Positions 8,132 through 16,073 of a stretch of 64,000 bases of DNA are shown in pieces. The notes under the pieces are model-generated. The model was not told the origin of the DNA. It made no database searches and was given only the letters and a program-made list of their open reading frames with translations. The translations under genes and the position numbers were made by a program. Location of the stretch: NCBI GenBank assembly GCA_045638525.1, contig JAZUBQ010000023.1, positions 154,656 to 218,655 on the forward strand, written 5' to 3'. Each line of letters starts with the position of its first letter. Within the stretch, counting starts at the first letter, position 1. The stretch comes from Clostridia bacterium (GTDB lineage: Bacteria > Bacillota > Clostridia > UMGS1840).

Positions 8132-11100
8132 ATGTCTTTATGTTTAGGATGTATGGATGAAAAAGGTGATTCCTATATTTGTCCTTATTGCGGATATGTG
8201 GAAGGAACACCTCCGAAAGAAAGCTATCATATTAAACCCGGTGAAATTCTTCACGGGAAATACATTATAGGCAAGGTGCTTGGCTACGGTGGTTTTGGAA
8301 TCACCTATATCGCCTTGGACTACACACTGGGACGAAAAGTTGCGATTAAAGAATTTTTGCCCAGTGATTTTGCCACCCGTATGCCCGGTGAAAAGTGTGT
8401 AACTGTATACAATGGAGAAGCTACCCATCAGTTTGGGGCGGGGCTGGAACGTTTTGTGGAAGAAGCACAGCGTTTGGCAAAGTTCAATTCCATGGGTAGT
8501 ATTGTAGATATTTATGACACCTTTATTGAAAACAGTACCGGTTATATTGTAATGCAATATCTGGCGGGCGATACGGTGAAGGAACTCATTGAGCGAAACG
8601 GCGTTATGCCTTATGAAAGTGCCCGTTTGATTATTGTAGAAGTTTTAAAAACCCTGGAAGCAGTACATAAAGAGGGTATTATTCACCGTGATATTTCTCC
8701 CGATAATATTTTTATTACCAACGATAATCAGATTAAGCTCCTTGATTTTGGTGCCGCACGGTATGCGTCCGGCTTTCACTCCAAAAGTTTGTCGGTTATC
8801 TTAAAACCCGGCTATGCTCCTGAGGAACAATACCGCAGTCACGGAAATCAGGGTCCCTGGTCGGATGTGTATGCTACGGCGGCAACCCTTTATAAAATGA
8901 TTACGGGAATCACCATTGAGGAAGCAATGGAACGAACCGTTTCGGACAAAGTAAAATCACCTTTGGAGTTAGGGGTCGATTTGCCGAATGGTGCGAATAC
9001 CGCCATTATGAATGCGTTAAATATTCACGCAGAGCTTCGTACCCAGTCTGCCGGTGATTTTATCCGTGAATTGGCAAGTGACGAGGTAGAGCGTGTGATT
9101 GATAAACCGGTCAAAACCGATTCCGGCAAAATGCCGCTGTGGTTGAAAATTGCCATTCCCACTGTGATTGTAATTGTAATTACACTTGTTACTTTAGTGG
9201 CAACAGGAGTGATTAAAATTTCAGGGGTGGGTGGAATGGATAGAGAGGTTGATTTTGAAGACCGTGTTCCTGATGTTCTCAATAAAATGATGAATGTTGG
9301 GGAAGAAATTTTGGCGGATAAAGGACTTGGTATGCAGATTGTTGCTCAGGATTATGATGAATTTGCCGAAAAAGACATCATTAAGACCCAGTCCCCCGAC
9401 AAAGGAAGAGAAATAGTAAACTGTTATTATGATGCAGAGTCCAACCGTTATCTGGTATATGTTATGGTCAGTGGCGGTCCTGCACCAAAAATGGTTCCCG
9501 ATGTTTCGGGAATGTCCGCCGAAGAGGCTACTGCCACCTTACAGGCATTAGGCTTTTTGGTAGAAACAGCAGAAGAATACAGTCAGGATATTGCTGCAGG
9601 AATGGTCATCAGCCAGGATATTGTAAATCAGGAATATGCCCATGGTTCCACCTTGTATTTGGTTGTTTCCAAAGGGGAAATGAAGGTGGACGAATCCAAA
9701 ATGCACAAAATTCCGGATTTGGTTGGTTCAGACTATGAACAGGCATATAAAAAGCTCACATCACTTGGTATGTATGTGGTGAAGAAAGAAGAAACCAGTA
9801 CCAAGCCGGAAAATCAGGTTCTTTCTCAGTCAGTGGCAAAAGATACCGAATGTCCGGAAGGTACCATCATTGAGCTGACTGTTTCCAATAACAGCATTGT
9901 CATTCCCGACGTTCAGTATAAAGAGAAAAACGAAGCGAAGAAAATCCTGGAAGCTGCAGGGGCAAAAGTTGTGATAAAAGAAGTGGAAATTGCCAACGTT
10001 GCGGCAGGTCTTGTTATCAGTCAGTCTAAGAGTGGTAAAGCAACTGCCGGAACCACCGTAACTCTGCAGGTTTCCAAAGGCGAAGCAAACAAAACGGTAC
10101 AGGATGCTATGGCAGACATCCAAAAACAGAATATTGATAATGAAACCAAAAACACCGCAAAAGATGCAAAAACTGTATCGGTTCCCAATGTTTTGAATCA
10201 GACGTTGTCCAAAGCGAAGGCATCTTTACAGAGTGCCGGTTTGCAGGTGAAAATCAGCTATGTGGATGTATCCAACAAAGCTCAGGACGGAAAAGTTGTT
10301 GATATCTATCCGGCGAGCGGTACTGCAGTTGCACAGGGCAGTTCGGTTATGATATCAATCGGGCAGTATGCTGCATCCACTACAGTGGTAGTCCCCAATG
10401 TGGTAGGAAAATCCTCAAGTCAGGCGGTTGCACAGCTAAAACAAGCGGACTTGAAGGTATCTGCATACTATACAGAGGTAACCGATAAAAAACAAGATGA
10501 TAAGATTCTTGACATCTGGCCATCTGTCGGACAGTCCGTGGAAGCAGGCAGTACTGTGGACGTAACGATAGGGAAATACAGTGAACCTGTTGAAAAAGTC
10601 GTTGAAATTGTGGTTCCTGATGTGGTAGGAAAAACGGAAGCAGATGCGAAAAAAACTATACAAAATGCAGGATTGACCGTGACCGTCAGCTACAAAGATG
10701 TAGATGACAAAACTAAAAACGGCAAAGTACTTTCCGCAAGTCCTTCTGTTGGAACTTCTGTCAAAGAAGGAAGCAAAGTAACCATAACCGTAGGAACGTA
10801 TTCTGAACCGGTACCCGAGATGGTAACAGTTCCCGATGTAATGGGAAAAACAGAAGCAAATGCCAAAAGCACTTTGCAAAATTCAGGATTAAAAGCCACT
10901 GTAAAATATCAGGATGTAACAGATCAGGCGAAAGATGGCAAAGTTGTAAGCATGTCTTATGCAAGTGGTAAATCCGTAGAAAAAGGAACTACCGTAACCA
11001 TAACGGTGGGGCGGTATGTTGCTCCGAAAAAAACAGTTCCAAATGTGACAGGACGTTCAGTAGCTGATGCGAAATCGCTGTTGGAAGGCAACGGTTTAAA

Positions 11101-11632
11101 GGTGAATGTAGTTGAGCGTTCCGTAACAGAGGAAAGTCAGAACGGGATGGTTCTTAGTTCAGCACCTTCATCCGGCAGTTCCGTAGAAGCAGGAACTACG
11201 GTGAATATAACGGTTGGTAAACTGCAGAAAGTAACCATTCCCGATGTAACGGGAGGAAGCTATACCAAGGCAGAACAACTTTTGAACAGTGCAGGATTAG
11301 AAGCAGAAAAAGCTACTGAAAATGTAACCGATGAAGAATTGCACGGCAAGGTAATTGCTACCAGTCCAGCTGAAGGGAAAAAGGTGGCATACGGAACCAA
11401 AGTTACCGTAACAGTAGGGAATTATAAAAACACACCGAAAGTGCCGGTTCCTGATGTAGAAGGAATGCCATTGGACGAGGCCACCCAAATACTGTTGGAA
11501 GCCGGATTTTCAGTCAAAGGGAAATCCCACAGCGATGAGTATGTTAGAAATCCTGTTGTTCAGTATACCAATCCCTTCCCCGGTGATAGCGTTCCGCAAG
11601 GAAGCACAATTACAGTATATACAGGAGAATAG
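8132..11632 (+). CDS. Transmembrane Ser/Thr kinase with 11 PASTA repeats
   Basis: CLGC..CPYC N-terminus, intact GYGGFGITY, VAIKEF, HRDISPDN, DFGAA, GYAPEEQ, SDVY. TM IAIPTVIVIVITLVTLVATGVI. 11 repeats starting (V/I)P(D/N)(V/L) counted by eye. Confidence 0.92.
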   Translation: MSLCLGCMDEKGDSYICPYCGYVEGTPPKESYHIKPGEILHGKYIIGKVLGYGGFGITYIALDYTLGRKVAIKEFLPSDFATRMPGEKCVTVYNGEATHQFGAGLERFVEEAQRLAKFNSMGSIVDIYDTFIENSTGYIVMQYLAGDTVKELIERNGVMPYESARLIIVEVLKTLEAVHKEGIIHRDISPDNIFITNDNQIKLLDFGAARYASGFHSKSLSVILKPGYAPEEQYRSHGNQGPWSDVYATAATLYKMITGITIEEAMERTVSDKVKSPLELGVDLPNGANTAIMNALNIHAELRTQSAGDFIRELASDEVERVIDKPVKTDSGKMPLWLKIAIPTVIVIVITLVTLVATGVIKISGVGGMDREVDFEDRVPDVLNKMMNVGEEILADKGLGMQIVAQDYDEFAEKDIIKTQSPDKGREIVNCYYDAESNRYLVYVMVSGGPAPKMVPDVSGMSAEEATATLQALGFLVETAEEYSQDIAAGMVISQDIVNQEYAHGSTLYLVVSKGEMKVDESKMHKIPDLVGSDYEQAYKKLTSLGMYVVKKEETSTKPENQVLSQSVAKDTECPEGTIIELTVSNNSIVIPDVQYKEKNEAKKILEAAGAKVVIKEVEIANVAAGLVISQSKSGKATAGTTVTLQVSKGEANKTVQDAMADIQKQNIDNETKNTAKDAKTVSVPNVLNQTLSKAKASLQSAGLQVKISYVDVSNKAQDGKVVDIYPASGTAVAQGSSVMISIGQYAASTTVVVPNVVGKSSSQAVAQLKQADLKVSAYYTEVTDKKQDDKILDIWPSVGQSVEAGSTVDVTIGKYSEPVEKVVEIVVPDVVGKTEADAKKTIQNAGLTVTVSYKDVDDKTKNGKVLSASPSVGTSVKEGSKVTITVGTYSEPVPEMVTVPDVMGKTEANAKSTLQNSGLKATVKYQDVTDQAKDGKVVSMSYASGKSVEKGTTVTITVGRYVAPKKTVPNVTGRSVADAKSLLEGNGLKVNVVERSVTEESQNGMVLSSAPSSGSSVEAGTTVNITVGKLQKVTIPDVTGGSYTKAEQLLNSAGLEAEKATENVTDEELHGKVIATSPAEGKKVAYGTKVTVTVGNYKNTPKVPVPDVEGMPLDEATQILLEAGFSVKGKSHSDEYVRNPVVQYTNPFPGDSVPQGSTITVYTGE
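10613..10809 (+). repeat. PASTA-coding DNA module, copy 2
   Basis: Near-identical to 7664-7860; encodes VPDVVGKTEADAKKTIQNA..SYKDVDDKTKNGKVLS. Confidence 0.9.
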
Positions 11633-11662
11633 TTTCTTTTCCCGATAAGGAGGAAATATTTC

Positions 11663-12994
11663 ATGAATCGAATGATTGTAAGGATTTGGAAGCGTGCAAT
11701 ATCTGTTGGTCGGATGTTACTGTTGTATTGCCTGGCGGTTTGTTTTGCCGGTTTGTTATCGGGTTGTAGCCTTGATTTGGTGCCTAATACCGAGTTGCAG
11801 TTGTTTTATCATACCGGTGACTCTGCACAGCTGGTGCCACTGGAATCCGTTAAGCAGACAACAGAGGAATCTCGCAATAATGTATACCATTGTACCAATC
11901 CGGATCCCGACATTTTCTCTGAAACCGGAGTGATGTATCTGCAGGTTTTGGGGAATAAATACGGAGAAATCACGGTGAAATGTGATGACAAAGTAATTGC
12001 ATCAGAAGATGGTTTTTATCCCATTGATGTAGAAAAAAACGCAAAAGTTGTAATTACCAACGAATATAACTTTTTGCATTTGTATCAAACTACCACAACC
12101 TATTCTTTTCAGTTTCAGATGTCATCTGCAGCAAAGATCACAGATATTTCTTATCGGCTGGATAATGGTTTAAAGGTCACAGATTACACTGTATTTGATT
12201 TTGATTCTGATACCACAGAGTACGTGGTGGAGAAAAAAATTCCGTATGATACGTTGGAGCTTGTGTTAAATTGTGTGCCGAAAGATGAGGAATTTGAGCT
12301 GACATATTCTCCTTCCCGACGGATTCTCATAAAATCGGAAAAAGGGGAAGAAGTTGCCCTTCCGGTTACTGTGACAGTGAAAGATCCAAATGGGAAATAT
12401 ACTGAAAATACATATACGATAAAGTTTATTGTGGAAGAAAATCCTGTGCGTGACTTGCGTATCAAACATACGCCGTCACCATCACCGACTCCGGAAGATG
12501 GATTAGAACCCATACAAACGGAGACTCCGGCTCCGACAGCAGTTCCAACACCCGAGGTGACTGCGACTCCGGTGCCGCAACCTACGGTGAAACCGACGGT
12601 AACAGCGATACCGTTGCCAAATCCAACAACGCCCGGTTGGGTGACGGTACCTGCAACTCCAACTCCACCCCCTTCTCCCACGCTAACGCCAACTCCAACG
12701 CCCACCCCTACACCAAGCCCAACGCCTACCCCGTTTTCTGGGGAAAAAACAGTTATTGTTCCGAATATGATTGGTATGCATGTGGGTAAAACCGGTGGTG
12801 AAGTTGCGAAAAGCATTTTCGAGCAGTATCCCGAATTGGAGGAAATGCGAATCCAAATTGAGTTTGTCCCTTCAATGTCAAACGGGGGGAGTGGCATTGT
12901 TCCTTCGACGCTAAAAGGTGTAGTTACCACTGTTGTTCCGAGTCCCGGAAGTATTCTGCAGACCGGAAGCTATGTAACGATTTCTGTGAAATAG
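11663..12994 (+). CDS. Lipoprotein with cadherin-like domain, Pro/Thr-rich stalk and C-terminal PASTA-like domain
   Basis: Lipobox LLSGC. The middle region aligns by eye with the pseudokinase ectodomain (AKITDISY..ENTYTIKF vs AKLAGISY..ENTYTLQF). The C-terminus VPNMIGMHVGKTG aligns with the end of 13126..15570. Confidence 0.75.
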   Translation: MNRMIVRIWKRAISVGRMLLLYCLAVCFAGLLSGCSLDLVPNTELQLFYHTGDSAQLVPLESVKQTTEESRNNVYHCTNPDPDIFSETGVMYLQVLGNKYGEITVKCDDKVIASEDGFYPIDVEKNAKVVITNEYNFLHLYQTTTTYSFQFQMSSAAKITDISYRLDNGLKVTDYTVFDFDSDTTEYVVEKKIPYDTLELVLNCVPKDEEFELTYSPSRRILIKSEKGEEVALPVTVTVKDPNGKYTENTYTIKFIVEENPVRDLRIKHTPSPSPTPEDGLEPIQTETPAPTAVPTPEVTATPVPQPTVKPTVTAIPLPNPTTPGWVTVPATPTPPPSPTLTPTPTPTPTPSPTPTPFSGEKTVIVPNMIGMHVGKTGGEVAKSIFEQYPELEEMRIQIEFVPSMSNGGSGIVPSTLKGVVTTVVPSPGSILQTGSYVTISVK

Positions 12995-13125
12995 TGGGTT
13001 AAATGTTCGGTATGAAAAATAATTTAGTTTTAAATAAAAAATTTTCAGACCTCAAATCAAACGAAGAAAAGGAGGAAATGTTTTTTATATATTTATGAAA
13101 TATTTATAAAAAACAGCAAAGAAGT

Positions 13126-15570
13126 ATGAATAAATGTTTAGGATGTATGGAAGATAAAGAGGAGTCTCTTTCCGTTTGTCCCCATTGCGGATATGTGGAA
13201 GGGACACCTCCGAAGGAGATTTATCACATTACTCCCGGTCAGGTTCTTCATGGAAAATATATTGTTGGCAGAGTGCTGGGATACGGTGGATTTGGTATTA
13301 CCTATATTGGTTGGGACTATACCTTAGACCGTAAGGTTGCCATCAAAGAATTTTTACCCAGTGATTTCGCTACCCGTATGCCCGGTGAAACGATGATTAC
13401 GGTATATAACGGGGAACCTACCGTACAGTTTGAAGCAGGTCTGGAACGCTTTATCGAAGAAGCACAGAGACTGGCAAAATTCAATTCAGTAGGCAGTATT
13501 GTAGATATTTATGATACTTTTATTGAAAACAATACGGGTTATATTGTAATGCAGTGTCTGGAAGGGGAAACCGTGAAAGACCTGCTCAAGCAAAACGGTG
13601 TTATGCCGTATGAAAGTGCCCGTCTGATTATTGTAGAAATCTTAAAAACCTTAGAAGAAGTACATAAAGAGGGGATTATCCATCGTGATATTTCTCCCGA
13701 TAATATTTTTATTACCAACGATAACCAGATTAAATTGCTGGACTTTGGTGCCGCACGATATGCGTCCGGTTTCCACTCCAAAAGTTTGTCGGTTATTCTA
13801 AAACCCGGTTATGCGCCGGAAGAACAATACCGCAGTCACGGAAATCAGGGCCCCTGGTCAGACGTGTATGCAACGGCGGCAACTCTATATAAAATGATTA
13901 CAGGGATTACCATTGAGGAATCCATGGAACGAACGGTTTGTGACAATGTGAAATCTCCTCTGGAGTTAGGTGTTGCGATTCCGGAAGGTGCCAACACTGC
14001 GATTATGAATGCGTTAAACATTCACGCCGAGCTTCGTACCCAATCTGCCGGCGATTTTATTCGCGAATTGGAAAGCGAGCAGGTAGAACGTATTATTGAT
14101 AAACCCAAAAAATCAGATTCCGGCAAAATGCCGTTATGGCTGAAAATTGCAATTCCCTCTATTGTTGGTGTTGCAATGATTCTTGTAACCTTAGTTGCTG
14201 TTGGTGTGATTAAAATTCCTTATCTGATTGATGTAATAGGTCCGGATGCAGATTTGACAAATCGTGTTCCCAGTGTCATCAATAAAATGATGAAGGAAGG
14301 GGAACAAATTCTGGCAAAAGAAAGTCTGGGTATGCAGATTATCGGTCAGGATTATGATGAATTTGCTGAAAAAGATATCGTTAAGACCCAGTCTCCCGCC
14401 GGCGGAAGACTGATTGCAGAATGTTCTGTGGTTGACGATAATAAACGTGTGGTATTCGTTGTTGTCAGCGGTGGTCCGGCTCCCAAAATGGTTCCCGATG
14501 TGTCAGGGATGACAAGGGAAGAAGCAACAGCCCTTCTGCAGTCCTTAGGTTTCTTGGTAGAAAGCGAAGAAGAATATAATCAGGATGTTGCTGTTGGCGT
14601 AATCATCAGCCAGGATATCGTAAACCAGGAATATGCATACGGTTCTACCTTGCATCTGGTTGTTTCCAAAGGGGAAATGAAGGTAGACGAATCCAAAATG
14701 CATAAAATTCCGGATTTAGTTGGTTTAGACTATGATCAGGCATATAAAAAGCTGACTGCTATCGGTATGTATGTGGAAAAACGAGATGAACCCAGCACCA
14801 AGAAGGAAAATCAGGTTCTTTCTCAGTCAGTGGAAAAGGATACTGAATGTCCGGAAGGTACCACCATTGTGCTGACTGTTTCCAATAACAGTATCGTTAT
14901 TCCTAATGTTCAGTATAAAGAGAAAAATGAAGCGAAGAAACTGATTGAAGCAGCAGGAGCAAAAGTTGTAATCAAAGAAGTAGAAAGCTCCACCGTTGCA
15001 GCAGGTCTGGTTATCAGTCAGTCTAAGAGCGGTAAAGCAACTGCAGGAACAACCGTAACTCTGCAGGTTTCTAAGGGCGAAGCTTCCAAAGCAGCAAAAG
15101 AAGCGAAACAGGATATTGCACAGCAGCAAAAGAATAATCCGACTCCGAAACCGGCAACTCCTGCACCTGCAACTCCGAAGCCGGCGACTCCGAAACCGGC
15201 AACTCCTGCACCGGCAACCCCAAGACCGGCAACCCCGGCACCTGCAACACCGAAGCCCGCAACACCGAAACCGGCAACTCCTGCACCTACTCCCGAACCG
15301 ACTCCTGCACCTGCAACTCCGAAACCGGCAACTCCTTCACCGACACCGGCTCCGGAAAAGAAATCAGTTGTTGTGCCGAATATGAATGGTATGTATGTAG
15401 GAAAAAGCGGCTCAGAAGCTTCGAAAAACATTTTTGCACAGTATCCTGAATTGAAGGAACTGTCAGTTAACTTCGAATTTGTAGGAAATTCGGGTAGGGT
15501 TAGCAATATTGTGCCCGCACCGGGTTCTGTGTTAACTTCTAAGTCATCACTTACAATTTACATTAACTAA
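13126..15570 (+). CDS. Transmembrane Ser/Thr kinase with 4 PASTA repeats, PATP-repeat stalk and terminal PASTA-like domain
   Basis: Paralog of 8132..11632, with an 87-aa identical stretch from VHKEGIIHRD to TGITIEE. All catalytic motifs intact; TM present. Confidence 0.92.
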   Translation: MNKCLGCMEDKEESLSVCPHCGYVEGTPPKEIYHITPGQVLHGKYIVGRVLGYGGFGITYIGWDYTLDRKVAIKEFLPSDFATRMPGETMITVYNGEPTVQFEAGLERFIEEAQRLAKFNSVGSIVDIYDTFIENNTGYIVMQCLEGETVKDLLKQNGVMPYESARLIIVEILKTLEEVHKEGIIHRDISPDNIFITNDNQIKLLDFGAARYASGFHSKSLSVILKPGYAPEEQYRSHGNQGPWSDVYATAATLYKMITGITIEESMERTVCDNVKSPLELGVAIPEGANTAIMNALNIHAELRTQSAGDFIRELESEQVERIIDKPKKSDSGKMPLWLKIAIPSIVGVAMILVTLVAVGVIKIPYLIDVIGPDADLTNRVPSVINKMMKEGEQILAKESLGMQIIGQDYDEFAEKDIVKTQSPAGGRLIAECSVVDDNKRVVFVVVSGGPAPKMVPDVSGMTREEATALLQSLGFLVESEEEYNQDVAVGVIISQDIVNQEYAYGSTLHLVVSKGEMKVDESKMHKIPDLVGLDYDQAYKKLTAIGMYVEKRDEPSTKKENQVLSQSVEKDTECPEGTTIVLTVSNNSIVIPNVQYKEKNEAKKLIEAAGAKVVIKEVESSTVAAGLVISQSKSGKATAGTTVTLQVSKGEASKAAKEAKQDIAQQQKNNPTPKPATPAPATPKPATPKPATPAPATPRPATPAPATPKPATPKPATPAPTPEPTPAPATPKPATPSPTPAPEKKSVVVPNMNGMYVGKSGSEASKNIFAQYPELKELSVNFEFVGNSGRVSNIVPAPGSVLTSKSSLTIYIN
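15139..15354 (+). repeat. Intragenic 15-nt / 5-aa (PATPK/PATPA) tandem repeat
   Basis: Units such as ccggcaactcctgca and cctgcaactccgaag, with synonymous variation between units. Confidence 0.9.
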
Positions 15571-15589
15571 TGAAAAGTTAATAATATGA

Positions 15590-15627
15590 AAAATGGCTAT
15601 AGCAAAATATTTTGCTATAGCCATTTT
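15590..15627. terminator. Perfect 38-bp palindrome, likely terminator closing the kinase array
   Basis: AAAATGGCTATAGCAAAATATTTTGCTATAGCCATTTT is its own reverse complement and starts about 20 nt after the stop at 15570. Confidence 0.7.
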
Positions 15628-15745
15628 CAGACGATTCCGAAATGATGGTATATTTTTGTATATTTGTCAGAATCAGAAAAACGATTTATTTAAAATGATA
15701 AAAAGAGAATGTTTATTTTTGATTTTAAAAATTAAACGCTGAGGC

Positions 15746-15774
15746 TTGACATTTTCCAATAAATTTGATACACT
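15746..15774 (+). promoter_or_regulatory. SigA-type promoter of tRNA-Ser
   Basis: TTGACA-17 nt-TACACT immediately upstream of the tRNA. Confidence 0.65.
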
Positions 15775-15792
15775 ATAGTGGTATTTTAATGA

Positions 15793-15881
15793 GGAGCGGT
15801 ATCGAAGTGGTCATAACGGACATGACTCGAAATCATGATGCCCCTTGAGGGACGTGGGTTCGAATCCCACCCGCTCCGCCA
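15793..15881 (+). tRNA. tRNA-Ser(CGA)
   Basis: GGAGCGG acceptor stem, anticodon loop CTCGAAA, long variable arm, GGTTCGAATCC T-arm, encoded CCA. Confidence 0.93.
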
Positions 15882-16073
15882 AAAGGAAGACATCTGTTGG
15901 AACAGATGTCTTTTCTTTTGCAAGGGTGGTGATGAGAAGCCACATAGGTTCGTCGAAGCAGCCGAGTGCCAAGGGCAATCGGACTGTGAAGTCTCGAGCA
16001 GCGAAGGTTTTTCGGTAACCGCTAAGAGCGGTCGAAAAAGAGAGTAGCGCAGAGTATCTCACCCGCTCCGCCA
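15882..16073 (+). repeat. 192-bp tRNA-linked unit ending in a copy of the tRNA-Ser 3' end
   Basis: ATCTCACCCGCTCCGCCA at 16056-16073 matches ATCCCACCCGCTCCGCCA at 15864-15881 (17/18). The unit starts with a terminator hairpin and has internal hairpins. Confidence 0.75.

Noticed and set aside
7664-10809. Diversity-generating retroelement TR/VR pair
   Set aside because: The mismatches are A/G, T/C and G/A in both directions, not adenine-specific. Both copies are coding, and no reverse transcriptase is in the window.
12184-12930. 248-aa minus-strand ORF (also 6611..7294, 7105..7563, 15018..15506)
   Set aside because: Antisense shadows of Pro/Thr-rich or PASTA coding regions, with low-complexity GV/AG translations and no RBS or family motifs.
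13069-13098. Strong RBS plus in-frame 6-codon uORF (MFFIYL) before the last kinase
   Set aside because: AAGGAGG is only 2 nt from the ATG, too close for efficient initiation, and there is no other support.
15139-15354. CRISPR array or slippage VNTR
   Set aside because: The 15-nt units are contiguous with no spacers, in frame, and synonymously diverged; no cas genes.
15811-16062. ORFs 15811..16062 (-) and 15835..16047 (+), also 16709..16924 (-)
   Set aside because: They overlap tRNA genes and the tRNA-linked repeat; spurious.
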